Positions 47,438-56,943 of a stretch of DNA of 64,000 nt are shown piece after piece (positions within the stretch are counted from its first letter, which is position 1; each line of letters starts with the position of its first letter). The DNA comes from Candidatus Latescibacterota bacterium (GTDB lineage: Bacteria > Latescibacterota > UBA2968 > UBA8231). The stretch spans positions 1,440,001 to 1,504,000 of the forward strand of contig CBDCXV010000010.1 in assembly GCA_965223905.1 (NCBI GenBank), written 5' to 3'. Both the position numbers and the translations under genes were made by a program. Below the pieces are notes generated by a model. That model searched no databases. It worked only from the letters and a program-made list of their open reading frames with translations, and was not told where the DNA came from.

Positions 47438-48542
47438 TACCCTCCTACAGCAGCGACTTCACAAATTCGATGCTCTGTTTTGCAAGCGATCTTGCGAAAG
47501 GCCCAATCCGGCACTCGTCTCCGCTCCGATGACCGTGTCCGAGGCAATCCGGGCGCTTTCGAAAACATGCGTTTTTTCCGGACCAGACCGGTCCGCTGAT
47601 ACGGGCCCCGGAAGAGATTGCCGCACCTTCGTCGACAAATCCGGGCCCGGAACCGGCTACCGGATGGGCTCCGGATCGATGTGACCCACGGGCACTTCCG
47701 TGAGATCTTCGGCGAAGACGATGTGGCCGCTGAAAATGCGCGCGGCTTCGGCCACGAGGCGCTCACGGACACCGGGCGGTTCCAATTGTTCGGTGACGTG
47801 GGTCAGGATCAGGGTTCCGACGGCCGCTTCTGAGGCGGTCCGGGCGGCGTCGAGGTGTCCGGAGCAGCAACCTGTGATACGCGGGTCGAGTTCGACATCA
47901 TTGATGAAGTGGCACATGTGGATGAGGAGGTCCGCATCCCGCGCCAGTTCCGTCAGGCCGCGGGTCGGCGCCGTGTCGCCTCCGAAGACGATGGCCCCGT
48001 ACGGGGTGTCCAACCGGTAGGCGAGGCACGTGAGCTGCGGTTGAACGTGGACGACTTCGGCGGTTTCGACTCGCCAGTTCCCACCCTGAATGCACGAGCC
48101 GTCCGCGACTTCGGTGACGAGGGGTTCAGGGCGTTCCCGGGGCAGGACTCCGCCCCGTCGTTCGTAAACGAATTCGCTGCCGGGGTGCTGTGTCCTGGCA
48201 TCGAGGTCCGGTCCGAAGGCGCCGTCGGATCCGAAGAGCCTTTCCGTCATGCGTTTCAACGGAGCCGGACCGAAAACGTCCAGCTCGGGGATTTTTCCGG
48301 CGCCCTGGTCCCAGCGGGTGAGCACGATGCATGCGTAGTCCACGCAGTGGTCGTAGTGGAGGTGGGTGAGGAAGAGGCGCGTCAGCGCCGGGGCCGGGAC
48401 TGCCTTTTCGAGGAGGCGCCGTGCGACACCGGGACCGCAGTCGAACAAAAGAACTTCCTCGTCGAACTCGACGAGGAAGCCGGAGCCAGCACGGTGGGCA
48501 AGAGGGGTGGGGGTTCCAGTGCCCAGAAGGGTCAGTTTGAGA

Positions 48543-50117
48543 GGGCGTCTTAAGTAATTGTTATAGCGCAATTCAGGTGCGTATGTGTATATTTTACAGT
48601 AAGTTGCTTTCTTTTTCCGCATCCCCTGCGGCGCGCTCCCCTGATTTCAGAAAGAAGGGGAGCGATGAGTGCGATTCTCTCTCTGGAAGTTTTTCAGGAG
48701 CGGCAGAGTCAGGACCGCTTTCGAAGCCGGGCGCATGAAGCCTTGGACCAATGGCTGGATCGGGTGGAGACGCAAATGAGCGAGCGCGGATCTTGTGCGC
48801 CGACGTTGATGGAGATCACCGCGGCGATGTCTCAAGAGCGCTCCGGGCTCACCGCGGCCTTGGTGGAAGCCTTCGTCGAACGCCGCCACGGCCATTTCCT
48901 GGCCCAGGAAGAGGCGGCCTGCCCCAAGTGCAAAGGCCTGCTGCGAGCGCGCCCGTCTCGCTCGCGCACGGTGGAGACGCTGCTCGGGCCGGTGACCTTG
49001 GAGCGTCCCTATTTCTACTGCGTTGGCTGTCACCACGGGTTCTATCCGCTGGACGAGGCCCTGGGCCTGTCGGCGCAGCGCAAGCAGTGGGACGTGCAGC
49101 AGGCCGGGGTCAAGCTGGGGCTGGAGATGCCCCACCGGCGCGCCGCCGAACTGTTGGACGAGCTCACCGACGCGTCGATGAGCGATTGTGTGATTCACGA
49201 GGTGCTGCAACAGACCGGGTCGTTGGACGTGCTGCAGGTGTGTCCGGACGCGGCCGATATCCAGGATCGCATTGCGCAAGCCGCCGCCGGTCGCAAGTGG
49301 CGGCCGATCGTGGTGTTGGCCATCGACGCGGCCGACGTGCCCAGTCGTCCCCAGACCGCCAAAGGCACCCGTCCCGGACGCAAGAAGAGCCGGGCTCGGC
49401 GAAGGCGTTGGCAGGGGGAATACCACGAAGCCAAGGGCTTTCGCTTCTACCTGATAGACGATGAGCGCATCGAGCAGCTGATCTCCTGGCACCAGATGGG
49501 CAACGAACAGGCCTTCGGCGCGGCCTTGCGCCAGGTCAAGGAGGCGGGGCTGATCCCGGAGGATCAGGTGCGCTTGTGTGCCATCGGAGATGGCGCTCCG
49601 TGGATCTGGAAGTGGGTGGAAGAGCTGTTCCCGAGCGCCCGTCAGATCCTCGACTACTACCATTGCAGCAGCTACCTGCACGCGGTGGCCGAGGCCCAAT
49701 ACGGCGCCGATGCGGCGCGTGCTGCCCATTGGCTGGAAGCGACCCTGGCGCGCCTGTTCTGCGGCGAGGGCAGCGGCGTGGTCTGGGGTCTGCAGCGCAT
49801 GCAGCCGCTCTCGGAAGAGGCCGGAGAGGCCATCGGCACGGCCTTGACCTACCTGCAAAAGCGACTGCACCAGGTCGATTTCGGCAGCCATCGCAAGGGC
49901 GGATACCCGATCGGGTCGGGGGCGATCGAATCGGCGCATCGCTTCATCGGCCACGTTCGTCTGAAACGGTCGGGCGCTTGGTGGTATAAGGAAAACAGCA
50001 ACGCCATTCTGGCCCTGCGCTGCGCCTTGTACAATGGAACGCTTGACCGGGTCTTTCAGCAGTACCGAGAAAACCTGAAAACAACCACCGAAACCGTAAC
50101 AATCAGCTAAGACACCC
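48543..50117 (+). mobile_element. ISKra4-family IS, copy 2 (1575 bp) with 8-bp target duplication
   Basis: GTTTGAGA at 48535-48542 and 50118-50125; same IRs as copy 1. Confidence 0.95.
48665..50110 (+). CDS. ISKra4-family transposase
   Basis: Protein identical to 40489-41934. Confidence 0.92.
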   Translation: MSAILSLEVFQERQSQDRFRSRAHEALDQWLDRVETQMSERGSCAPTLMEITAAMSQERSGLTAALVEAFVERRHGHFLAQEEAACPKCKGLLRARPSRSRTVETLLGPVTLERPYFYCVGCHHGFYPLDEALGLSAQRKQWDVQQAGVKLGLEMPHRRAAELLDELTDASMSDCVIHEVLQQTGSLDVLQVCPDAADIQDRIAQAAAGRKWRPIVVLAIDAADVPSRPQTAKGTRPGRKKSRARRRRWQGEYHEAKGFRFYLIDDERIEQLISWHQMGNEQAFGAALRQVKEAGLIPEDQVRLCAIGDGAPWIWKWVEELFPSARQILDYYHCSSYLHAVAEAQYGADAARAAHWLEATLARLFCGEGSGVVWGLQRMQPLSEEAGEAIGTALTYLQKRLHQVDFGSHRKGGYPIGSGAIESAHRFIGHVRLKRSGAWWYKENSNAILALRCALYNGTLDRVFQQYRENLKTTTETVTIS

Positions 50118-50169
50118 GTTTGAGAGACATAAGCGGATGGGAAGAAACGGCGTTCTCTCGTTCCCGGAC

Positions 50170-50440
50170 AAGTTGGTGGAGGCGAGGCCAACTGACCCCG
50201 TCGAGGGAGGTTTGAATGGCCAGGGGCTGGGTGAGTGCGGCGATGATCTTCATCTTGCCCCTCCAAACCGGGCATGGGGTCCCATCCACGCGAAAGATCC
50301 GTGCCAGGAGCCAGAGCCCAGGATAGGCGGTAGACCGGTCGGGGTGGCGGACACTGCTCGGCGTGAGAGCAGCCCTACGTGGGCGCCTCCTGCGACCCCG
50401 GTAGTAGGATGGGGTCGCGATCGGCGGCATTCGGCTCAGC
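50170..50440 (-). pseudogene. Highly degraded ISCR/IS91 transposase C-terminal remnant
   Basis: WLLARIFRVDGTPCPVWRGKMKIIAALTQPLAIQTSLDGV parallels LLARVFSSDLSECAACGGRLRIIAALTDPASIRTYLEGV. Confidence 0.65.
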
Positions 50441-50667
50441 GCGTCCAATTGCCCCTGATATGCCATTGCCTTCGTTGCAGATCCAGCAACCACAGCGTAG
50501 CCTAGTGGTAGTCGTATCCATCAGGAGAAGTTCACATGGCAGGCCCCATAGAAAGAAGCAGTTTGGGGCTTGAAATGCTGAAGGAGTACTACGAAGATTC
50601 GGTTGGCTCCCAAAATTTACCAATGGAGTGTTGATGATGAATGAATCAGGAAGTTGCGGGCCCGGGA

Positions 50668-51626
50668 TGCTGCTGTCGCCGGCCCAGCTGGACGAGTTCA
50701 AGGCAGAGGGCACGCTCGCGATCCCGGGATTGGTACCTGCCGATGTGCTTGGCGGGTGGCAGGACCAGATACGCGCGGCTTGCTCCGACGGCGTCGACCT
50801 CGACGACCCCGGCACCACCTGGCCCCCCGGGCGCTACGCACCCGGGGGCGGTTGGCCCGAGTTCAGCCCCAGCCTGTACGAATTGCCGAATCTCCGGTCC
50901 ATCGTGGAGCAGATCGGCGGCGGCGCCTTTGCCCCCTCCCACCCCGCGGGGCAGCCGTGGACGCCGCAGGTGCCGATGACGAGGGTGATCCTGCCGAGCG
51001 AGCCGGGCACGGAGTGGGCTCCCCCTGACGACGGTCACCTCGATGGGTACGCGACAGGCTGGGGCGGCGGGTTCATGGCGTTCTTCGCCGTGCTGCTCTG
51101 GGACGTCAGCAGCCCTACCGGCGGTGGCACGGCCTACTGGCCGAGGTCGCACCTGGCGAACCACCGATACTTCCTCGAGCACCCCGAGCAATTCGACGGG
51201 TCCTACCTCTTCACGGAGCCTGTGCGGAGCGGCGGACACCGGGCGCTCCTGGATGGAGACCCCAGTGTGGGCGAGGTGGTATGCATGACCGGGCGAGCTG
51301 GCGACGCCATGCTGCTGCACGGCCTCACTACGCACATCGGCTCGGCCAACGCCGCGGGATCACGGCAACCGCGGGTTGCGCAGTTTGCACGGTACTGCCA
51401 CAGGGTAATGCGCGAGCAGGCACCCATGGTCATGTTTCCCGACAAGGATGGCACGCCATGGTCGCCCCCCGCGCCCTCACCCCGCGTTGGCAATACCCCG
51501 ATTGAGTCTGACGAGCAGGCGGCGGCGACAGGCTTTCTGCCTCCCGGTCACCCGGGCCGGAAGCTCGAGCGCTACGACGTGCCGGAGAACCTCTGGAAAT
51601 ACTGGGGGCCTGCGCTCAACGCCTGA
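50668..51626 (+). CDS. PhyH-like Fe(II)/2-oxoglutarate dioxygenase
   Basis: LSPAQLDEFKAEG, GHLDG, GGGTAYWPRSH and AGDAMLLHGLTTH. Start uncertain. Confidence 0.75.
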
Positions 51627-51744
51627 CTTCTGCCTGTGAGTTCTTCCGCCGGGCAATGAAGGAATGCAAGTGGCAAAAGGATACTGGACCCACCTTTCCC
51701 GATTGACCTGTCATGACAATGTCAAGGAAGGGAGAACTCCTCCC

Positions 51745-52650
51745 ATGCCGTTCGTGATTTTTCTCGCCGCTGTACTTTTTGCCTCCTGCTATCGAGACAA
51801 CAATCCGGTCCGGAGTCAGTCGGCAGCCAAGCGCATCTCCAGCGCCGTGACCTTCTCGGAGCCGGTAGCCGGCATCGACAACAGCAGAAGCAGCAGTGTC
51901 GTCGACGATTCCACGGCCCGACCGGAGACCTCCGATGTTTCCGGAACGGCGCAGGAGGTGACGGTCGGCCCGACCCTGGCCAGATGCTACGGCGTCGGCG
52001 AACGGACCTGCATGGTGGTTGACGGATTCCTGTTCTACGATGCGATCGAGGGCTTCGATTACGAAGCGGGCTACGACTATCGCCTGCGAATCGAGAAGTA
52101 CGACCCCTGGGATGGAAAGGAGCCGCCGCAGGATGCCGGCCGATACGCTTATCGCCTGCTCGAACAGCTGGAGAAAACCCCGGCCGCATCCACTCCGGCG
52201 ACCCTGTCCCTGGGGCCGGCGCGGGTAAAATGCTCGCAGATCGACGACTTCTGTCTGCTGGTTGACGGCGCCCCGTACTTCGACATAGTCACCGGTTTCG
52301 AATACGAGGCCGGCTATTACTACACCCTCGACGCAAACGGGTACAGCGACGGCAGGTACGTATTGAATTCGGTCGTCTCGAAGACCGAAGCGGCCGGGAC
52401 CGAAGAGGAGATAACCGTTGCCCCGCACCGGATCGACTGCGGCGGCGACAATCAGGTGTACTGCAACGTGGTAAATGGGGAGGCGTTTCGCAGCGAAATC
52501 GTCGGTTTCAACCCGTGGCACGGCTACAGCTATCGTCTGCGAGTCGAGCGCTTCGACATGTTCGCCGGGGAGGAAACCCCCGCGTCCCCGGACGTTCCAG
52601 GCTATGGGTATCGCTGGCTGGAGACACTGGACCGAAGTCCCGCCGACTGA
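51745..52650 (+). CDS. Lipoprotein with three DUF4377-like repeats
   Basis: Lipobox LFASC. Three repeats of V.P...C...C.VV.G...I.GF.YE.GY.Y.L. Confidence 0.75.
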   Translation: MPFVIFLAAVLFASCYRDNNPVRSQSAAKRISSAVTFSEPVAGIDNSRSSSVVDDSTARPETSDVSGTAQEVTVGPTLARCYGVGERTCMVVDGFLFYDAIEGFDYEAGYDYRLRIEKYDPWDGKEPPQDAGRYAYRLLEQLEKTPAASTPATLSLGPARVKCSQIDDFCLLVDGAPYFDIVTGFEYEAGYYYTLDANGYSDGRYVLNSVVSKTEAAGTEEEITVAPHRIDCGGDNQVYCNVVNGEAFRSEIVGFNPWHGYSYRLRVERFDMFAGEETPASPDVPGYGYRWLETLDRSPAD

Positions 52651-52793
52651 CCGCACCAACGGGGAAGATTCATCCCCTGCGCCGCCTGTCTCTGGGAGTG
52701 ATCTGTTTTCAGAGGGGAAACAGGCGGACACGGACCCTGCTCCGTTTTGCCGGCCCTCTGAAGTAGCTGCTTACACCTTCCTCGCTTTCGTCG

Positions 52794-54110
52794 CTACAAC
52801 GACACCCCGAACGACCCGGCCATCAAGGTGGCCAGCCCCAGGAAGCTGAGGAAACCCAGCACATCCGTGACCGTGGTCAGCACGATGGATGCCGACTGCG
52901 CCGGATCCTTGCCCAGGACCGTGAGGACCACGGGGATGAGCGCCCCTGTCAGGCCTGCCATGGCCATCGAGAAGACCATGGATGTACCTATCACCAGCGG
53001 CAACCCCACGGTGCCGGACCAGAGGTAGGCCACCAGGGAGGTGGTCACGGCCACGGCCACTCCGTTGATCAGCCCGGCCAGCAGCTCCTTGCGGGCGACG
53101 CGGAACCATCCGCGCGGCCTGAACTCGCGCAGGGCCAGCCCGCGCATGGCCACCGCCAGGGACTGGGCGCCGGTGTTGCCCGCCTGCCCGGCCACCACCG
53201 GCAGAAAGATCGCCAGGGCCGTGAACTGGGCTATGGTACCCTCGAAGAGGGCGACCACCGAGGCGGCGAGAAAGGCGGTGGCGAGGTTGACCTGCAGCCA
53301 GGGCAAGCGCTTGCGCACCGCCATCCAGGGGGGCGACAGGGCCTGCTCGTCGGCGCCGGCCCCGACCATGGTCTGCAGGTTTTCGCTGGCCTCCTGCTGG
53401 GCCGCCTCCACCAGCGCGTCGTGCAGGATGATCCCCCGCGGCCGGCCCTCGAAGCCGACCACGGGCAGCGAGGCCAGCTTGTGGGTTTCCAGCAGCTCGA
53501 CCACTTCCTCGCGCGAGGACATCGCCTGCACGCAGACCGGCGGCCCCTGGGCCAGCCGCCCGAGCCGCTCCCCGGGCTGGGCAACGGCAACCTCCTGAAG
53601 CGGGAGCACCGCGGACAGGCTTCCGTCGGCATCGGCGACGCAGAGGTCGTGAATGCGCCGCCCGGGAAAGGAGCGGATGCGGTCGAGCGCCTCCTCCGCG
53701 GTCTCGTCGGCGCTGAAGACGGTCACCTCGGTATCCATGAGCCCTCCGGCCGACTCGGCGGGGTACCTCATCAGCTCCTTCATTTCTGCGGCCAGCCCCT
53801 CCGGCAGGGAGGCCAGGCGGTCCGTTCGGCTCTCTTCCTCCAACCGGGACATGAGGGCGGAGCCGACCCCCGGGTCCATCCCCTGCCACAGCCGCCGGAA
53901 CAGGTCGTCGCCCATCGCCTCGATGAGCTCGACCGCCCGGTCCGGGTCGAGCCGCTCGAACACATGGGCGGAAGCGGCGTCTGTCCCGGCCTCGAGCAGC
54001 CGCAGGGCCTCGGGAACGGGGGAGGCCGCAAGCGCCCCGGCAGCCTCGCCTGGATGGAGGCGCAAAAAAGCCTCGACAAGGGCCTGCGAGGCTGCGGTTT
54101 CATTGTTCAT
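52794..54110 (-). CDS. mgtE: Magnesium transporter MgtE
   Basis: YPAESAGGLM, a CBS pair, RLPWLQVNL, GQAGNTGAQ, DPAQSA and TTVTDVLGF. Confidence 0.92.
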   Translation of the reverse strand: MNNETAASQALVEAFLRLHPGEAAGALAASPVPEALRLLEAGTDAASAHVFERLDPDRAVELIEAMGDDLFRRLWQGMDPGVGSALMSRLEEESRTDRLASLPEGLAAEMKELMRYPAESAGGLMDTEVTVFSADETAEEALDRIRSFPGRRIHDLCVADADGSLSAVLPLQEVAVAQPGERLGRLAQGPPVCVQAMSSREEVVELLETHKLASLPVVGFEGRPRGIILHDALVEAAQQEASENLQTMVGAGADEQALSPPWMAVRKRLPWLQVNLATAFLAASVVALFEGTIAQFTALAIFLPVVAGQAGNTGAQSLAVAMRGLALREFRPRGWFRVARKELLAGLINGVAVAVTTSLVAYLWSGTVGLPLVIGTSMVFSMAMAGLTGALIPVVLTVLGKDPAQSASIVLTTVTDVLGFLSFLGLATLMAGSFGVSL

Positions 54111-54192
54111 CCGTCACGTCTCTCCTCTGATCGAAACTTCACGTGTACAGTTGAAGCACCCGGTGTTCGCACCAATGCCGTAAAATTGTCCC

Positions 54193-55152
54193 ATGAAGAA
54201 ACAGCCGATCAAGCAGGGTTTCTGGGCCTACTACCTCGGCGGGCTGTTGCTCGGGATGAGCCAGAACCACCTCTTTCTGTTCGCCGGGGGCCTCGCCTTC
54301 GCCACCCTGATTACCCTGGTCCCCCTGGTCTTCCTGGTCTTCCTGGTGCTCGGAGTGGTCCTGGACCAGGCCTCCATGGCCCGCCTGATCGACGTGACCC
54401 TGCAGGTGTTCATCCCTTACGAGGAAGAGGCCGCGTACCTGAAAATGGTTTTGTACTCGCGCATCCCCGGGGTCGTCGAGTTCAAGGAGGCGTACGGGGT
54501 TTCCGGCCTGGCGATTCTGACGTTCAGCGCCAGCGGCCTGTTCAGCAGCATGCGGACCGTTCTCAATACGGTCTTCAAGGCAACCGGGGAGGAGCGCACC
54601 CTGCCGATGATGCTGTTCAGGCACAGAACGGCTGAGATGGGCAAGCCGAGGAAGCCGGGAAAGGGTACTTCAGGGCGCCGGTTCGGCCTCCTGCTCATGG
54701 CCCTGCCGGCGGCGGTGGGAAAGCTGAAGGATATTGCCCTGGTTCTGCTGGTCCTGGGCGCATTTCTGCTGTCGGTCCTCTCGCTTCCCATCCTTGCCGC
54801 GGTCCTCAATGCGATCCTGTCCCCCCTGCATTCGTACCTGGGTTTCATCTACGGTCTCGCCTCCCCCGCCCTGATCTTCGGGGTGTTCCTCGGCCTGTAC
54901 TGGCTGGTCCCCCGGGAGCGGCCCCGGATGAAAGTTCTGGCCACAGGCGCCTTCTGGGCCGCCCTGCTGTGGAAGCTGGCCGAATGGGTGTTCGGCTACT
55001 ACCTCGGCCATGCCGCTTCCATCGGGTACCTGTACGGGGCCTATTTCCTGTCGGTGGCGGTGGCCCTGTGGCTCTACTTCGCGGCCGTCGTCTTCATCGC
55101 CGGCGCCGAGATCGCCCAACTCTGCCACGAAAAGCGAGACGCCGGTCGCTGA
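54193..55152 (+). CDS. YihY/virulence factor BrkB family membrane protein
   Basis: AGGLAFATLITLVP, YWLVP, YGAY and LWLYFAAVVFIAGAEI. Confidence 0.9.
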   Translation: MKKQPIKQGFWAYYLGGLLLGMSQNHLFLFAGGLAFATLITLVPLVFLVFLVLGVVLDQASMARLIDVTLQVFIPYEEEAAYLKMVLYSRIPGVVEFKEAYGVSGLAILTFSASGLFSSMRTVLNTVFKATGEERTLPMMLFRHRTAEMGKPRKPGKGTSGRRFGLLLMALPAAVGKLKDIALVLLVLGAFLLSVLSLPILAAVLNAILSPLHSYLGFIYGLASPALIFGVFLGLYWLVPRERPRMKVLATGAFWAALLWKLAEWVFGYYLGHAASIGYLYGAYFLSVAVALWLYFAAVVFIAGAEIAQLCHEKRDAGR

Positions 55153-55200
55153 CCGGCTCCCGGGTTGCAGGGCGCCTGCCGGTTCGACGCGGAACCGAGC

Positions 55201-56040
55201 CTATCGGTCCGCGTTTTCGCGCGTCGGGCTGCCCGGGCTTTCCATGCCGATGGCGCTGTTGACGAGCGCCGACAGGCCGATGCGGTAGAGCTCTCCGAGG
55301 GCGGTCCCGGCCTGGTCGATCCGGGCCGGCCGCTGGGCGCCGCCGGCGAGCTGGCGCAGGGTCTTGTGGCGCAGGGCCCCGGCGAAGAGGCCGTTCTCGT
55401 CGAGCACGGGGAGGGTGTGGAACTCCAGCCAGGCGGGATGGACCAGCACCGAGGCGAGGGAATCCCCCATGCGCAGGCAGACGACGTCCCGCTGCATGAG
55501 GGAGGCGACCTCGGCCCCCTCCGCCGCGGCCAGCAGCTCCCGCAGGGTGAGAACACCGGCCAGGGTCTGGTCGCGCTCGAGCACGTACAGGTAGTGGGAG
55601 GCGCGCTCCGGGTTCGAGCGCACCCGCGCCAGGGCCTCTGCGGCCGATACCTCGGGAGTCAGGGTGAAGATCCGGGGTTCCATCAGGGCCCCGGCGGTAT
55701 CCTCGCGGCCGTGCAGCAGGAGCCGGAGGTGCCTTCCCGGCTCGGGTGGAAGCCGCTGCAGGACCGCTTCCCGCGTTTCGGGGAGCAGGCGGCGCAGGAG
55801 CAGGGCGGCGTGCTCCAGGGGTACCCGGGCCAGGGCCCCGGCCGCACGGTCCTCGGCCATGCGCTCCAGGCAGCCCGCCGCGGTGCTTGCTTCCATGGTG
55901 CCGAAGAGGGAGGCCGCCAGCTCCGCCGGGATGCCCTCGAAAAGGGTGACCAGCTCGTCGAGCGAACGGTTTTCCAGCACCCGGGCCGCCTGGTGGGTAT
56001 GGTTGCGGATGAAGCTGTGGATCAGGTTCGAGCCGTCCAT
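55201..56040 (-). CDS. MgtE intracellular-domain/CBS protein without TM domain
   Basis: Helical MgtE_N-like repeats, DTAGALM, YLYVL and LPVLDENG; no hydrophobic C-terminus. Confidence 0.85.
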   Translation of the reverse strand: MDGSNLIHSFIRNHTHQAARVLENRSLDELVTLFEGIPAELAASLFGTMEASTAAGCLERMAEDRAAGALARVPLEHAALLLRRLLPETREAVLQRLPPEPGRHLRLLLHGREDTAGALMEPRIFTLTPEVSAAEALARVRSNPERASHYLYVLERDQTLAGVLTLRELLAAAEGAEVASLMQRDVVCLRMGDSLASVLVHPAWLEFHTLPVLDENGLFAGALRHKTLRQLAGGAQRPARIDQAGTALGELYRIGLSALVNSAIGMESPGSPTRENADR

Positions 56041-56044
56041 CGGG

Positions 56045-56857
56045 TCACCTCTTTTCCACCAGCAGAACCGACGCCTGCTCGCCGAAGAGGGAGGCCGGCA
56101 CCGATACCCGCCCCTCCCCGGTTTCCAGCAGAACGGAGGTGGCGGTTATGTCGAGGATCTCCCCCTGGAATTCTCCGACGCGCACCCTGTGGCCGACCCG
56201 GTAGGTCTTCTGCAGGTAGTAGGAGGCCAGGATGTTGGCCACGGTGGTGCGGGCCCCGAGGGCGAAGGTCAGGGCGCTGCCCAAGAGGCCGCTGCCGAGC
56301 ACCAGGAGCAGGACGCTGGTCAGGAAGTCGACGTTCAACCCCGCCTGGTCCACGGCGATCAGGGCGCTCACCACCAGGACCGAAACCTGTCCCAGACGCC
56401 CCAGGGCGTTGGCGTAGGCGATCCGGGTCGAGGTGATGAGATCCCTGAGGAAGTGGCCGCCGAGGAGGCCGGCGAACAGGATCAGGACGGCGGCGAGCAG
56501 CCGGGGCAGGTAGAGGACGATGCCGCTGAGCCAGACCGAGACAACCGGCAGCCCCATGACTTCGGTGGCCGCGGTGACGAAGAAGAGCAGCACCATCCAG
56601 AAGAGGACCCTGCCGGCCGTGCGCCCGGCCGAATCCTGCAGGTGGGCTCCGTGCTGGATGCGCCGTAAACCGGGAATCATGCGGTCGAGCCCTGCGAGCA
56701 GCCGCCGGCTCAGGGTTCGAGCCAGGAAGGCGAGCCCCAGGCCCAGCAGAACCAGGGCGAGGGCGCCGGCGATCCGGGGGGCGGTCCCCGTGAGGTGCTC
56801 CCCCAGATCCCGGACGAGCGTCTGGAGCTCGGACATTATCTGTTGGTAGTAGGACAT
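56045..56857 (-). CDS. Short MscS-family mechanosensitive channel with TM-helix repeats
   Basis: YLPRLLAAVLIL, ALTFALGARTTVANILA and YRVGHRVRVGEFQGEI. Confidence 0.85.
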   Translation of the reverse strand: MSYYQQIMSELQTLVRDLGEHLTGTAPRIAGALALVLLGLGLAFLARTLSRRLLAGLDRMIPGLRRIQHGAHLQDSAGRTAGRVLFWMVLLFFVTAATEVMGLPVVSVWLSGIVLYLPRLLAAVLILFAGLLGGHFLRDLITSTRIAYANALGRLGQVSVLVVSALIAVDQAGLNVDFLTSVLLLVLGSGLLGSALTFALGARTTVANILASYYLQKTYRVGHRVRVGEFQGEILDITATSVLLETGEGRVSVPASLFGEQASVLLVEKR

Positions 56858-56943
56858 GGTTTCCGGTCTCCTTCCTCCGCGAAACGGACCAGTGCTCGCC
56901 GATCCCTGGTCTTTCGCCAGCTCCTTTTCAAGGGAAGCGGGAG

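Larger units (their letters stand above)
47657..50130 (-). pseudogene. MBL-fold metallo-hydrolase (RNase Z/AtsA-like) interrupted after codon 4 by ISKra4 copy 2
   Basis: Native start ATGTCTCTCAAA (MSLK) at 50130. The body LTLLGTGTP, LFDCGPG, THLHYDH, GGDT and LILTH lies at 47657-48542. Confidence 0.88.

Noticed and set aside
40367-50117. Composite transposon bounded by the two ISKra4 copies
   Set aside because: The 8-bp duplication flanks copy 2 alone and the outer flanks do not match, so the copies did not insert as one unit.
51655-51672. AATGAAGGAATGCAA resembles the 3' end of a Cas12f-type repeat
   Set aside because: Single short occurrence with no array or effector gene; treated as chance.
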